From Dehalococcoidia bacterium (GTDB lineage Bacteria; Chloroflexota; Dehalococcoidia; Lucifugimonadales; UBA3495), in contig DAOUHR010000157.1 of the NCBI GenBank assembly GCA_034428635.1, forward strand, positions 1 to 63,495: a DNA stretch of 63,495 bases. Reading direction: 5' to 3'. This document shows, one piece after another, positions 62,781-63,495 of the stretch. Numbering within the stretch: position 1 is the first letter of the stretch; every line of letters starts with the position of its first letter. Below the pieces are notes generated by a model. The model was not told the origin of the DNA and did not search any database. It worked only from the letters and a program-made list of their open reading frames with translations. Position numbers and translations under genes: made by a program.

Positions 62781-63495
62781 ATGCGTTTTTCACTCATCGC
62801 GATCCTTACCATTCTCTTGGCGTTAAGTGTCGCCTGCGCCGAGGGCGGCCTCGCCGAGCCCATAAGCCTGCCGCCGGTATTGCCCACGGTAACCCCCCTT
62901 CCCACGGCCAGTCCGCTGCCACCCGCCACGGAACTGCCTACTCCCACGCCTGCGGCCCTGGCAACCGACCTACCCACGACTACTCCCCTTCCGGCGGCAA
63001 CGGAACTTCCCACGCCCACGCCCCTGCCTGTCGTGGGAGAGGTGCCGGCCGCCACTGAATTGCCCACCGCTGAACCTGCTCCGCCTGCACCGGTATTGCC
63101 CGTTGCTACCCCCACGCCTGACCTGTCCCAACCCCTGGTAACCATAGGCAGTGCCACCTGGCCCGTGGAACTGGCCATAACCCCGATGGAACGGGGCCAG
63201 GGCCTCTCCGGGCGGGAAGTACTGCCCGAAGGCACGGGGATGCTCTTCATTTTCGAGGAAGATCAGCATCTCAGCTTCTGGATGCCTGACATGAACTTCC
63301 CCCTGGACATGGTCTGGATTGATTCCGGTTGCCAGGTGGTGGACGCAACCCTGAACGCCCCGGTGCCGGAACCCGGCCAGGGGCTGGCCGACCTTCCCCG
63401 CTTCTCCCCCAATTCTCCGGCCAGGTTCGTCCTGGAAATCAATGCCGGCGAGTTCCTGGCATCGGGGATTTCTGCCGGTGAGCGCGTGGCTTTTG
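62781..63495 (+). CDS. DUF192 domain lipoprotein with a long Pro/Thr-rich linker; 3'-partial
   Basis: Manual translation from ATG 62781: MRFSLIAILTILLALSVAC...VELAITPMERGQGLSGREVLPEGTGMLFIFE...FWMPDMNFPLDMVWI...FVLEINAG. Confidence 0.85.
   Translation, partial: MRFSLIAILTILLALSVACAEGGLAEPISLPPVLPTVTPLPTASPLPPATELPTPTPAALATDLPTTTPLPAATELPTPTPLPVVGEVPAATELPTAEPAPPAPVLPVATPTPDLSQPLVTIGSATWPVELAITPMERGQGLSGREVLPEGTGMLFIFEEDQHLSFWMPDMNFPLDMVWIDSGCQVVDATLNAPVPEPGQGLADLPRFSPNSPARFVLEINAGEFLASGISAGERVAF
62926..63071 (+). repeat. Imperfect coding repeats (ATELPTPTP x3) in the DUF192 linker
   Basis: GCCACGGAACTGCCTACT.., GCAACGGAACTTCCCACG.., GCCACTGAATTGCCCACC.. Confidence 0.6.

Noticed and set aside
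62880-63120. Regular short repeats suggesting a CRISPR array or VNTR
   Set aside because: They are in-frame, imperfect coding repeats of a Pro/Thr linker; no constant repeat-spacer pattern and no cas genes.

Overview
A gene-dense, GC-rich bacterial chromosomal window. The gene content points to an aerobic Dehalococcoidia (Chloroflexota, SAR202-like) organism; this is an inference from the paralogue-rich mix of an LLM/F420-type oxidoreductase, 4 family III CoA-transferases, 3 CMD-family proteins, 5 alpha/beta hydrolases, tandem amidohydrolases and NHL proteins, a BVMO and futalosine-pathway MqnA. It holds about 60 CDS and 4 tRNAs (Ala-CGC, Arg-CCT, Trp-CCA, Ile2-CAT). There are two type II TA loci (DUF433/DUF5615, and hicAB with a nonsense-mutated hicA), a ~160-bp MITE inside an aapJ/bztA-like pseudogene, and three short palindromic repeat families. 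I see no CRISPR array, rRNA, integrase or transposase. The main points are: (i) a heme-copper oxidase locus (ctaA-ctaB-coxB-coxA-coxC-coxD) in which subunit IV is fused to a second cytochrome c and subunit I carries a His-rich/zinc-ribbon tail, with two Rex-like operators and an adjacent ABC exporter, His-motif lipoprotein and CX4C thioredoxin-fold lipoprotein; (ii) an intact cobalamin-binding radical-SAM-fold protein with no CxxxCxxC motif; (iii) an NCS2 permease with altered substrate motifs fused to a degenerate RsbW-like domain; (iv) two Asp-less/Asp-containing CoA-transferase pairs; (v) a Bud32-like atypical kinase next to DUF952. All family assignments come from motif recognition by eye, with no database searches.
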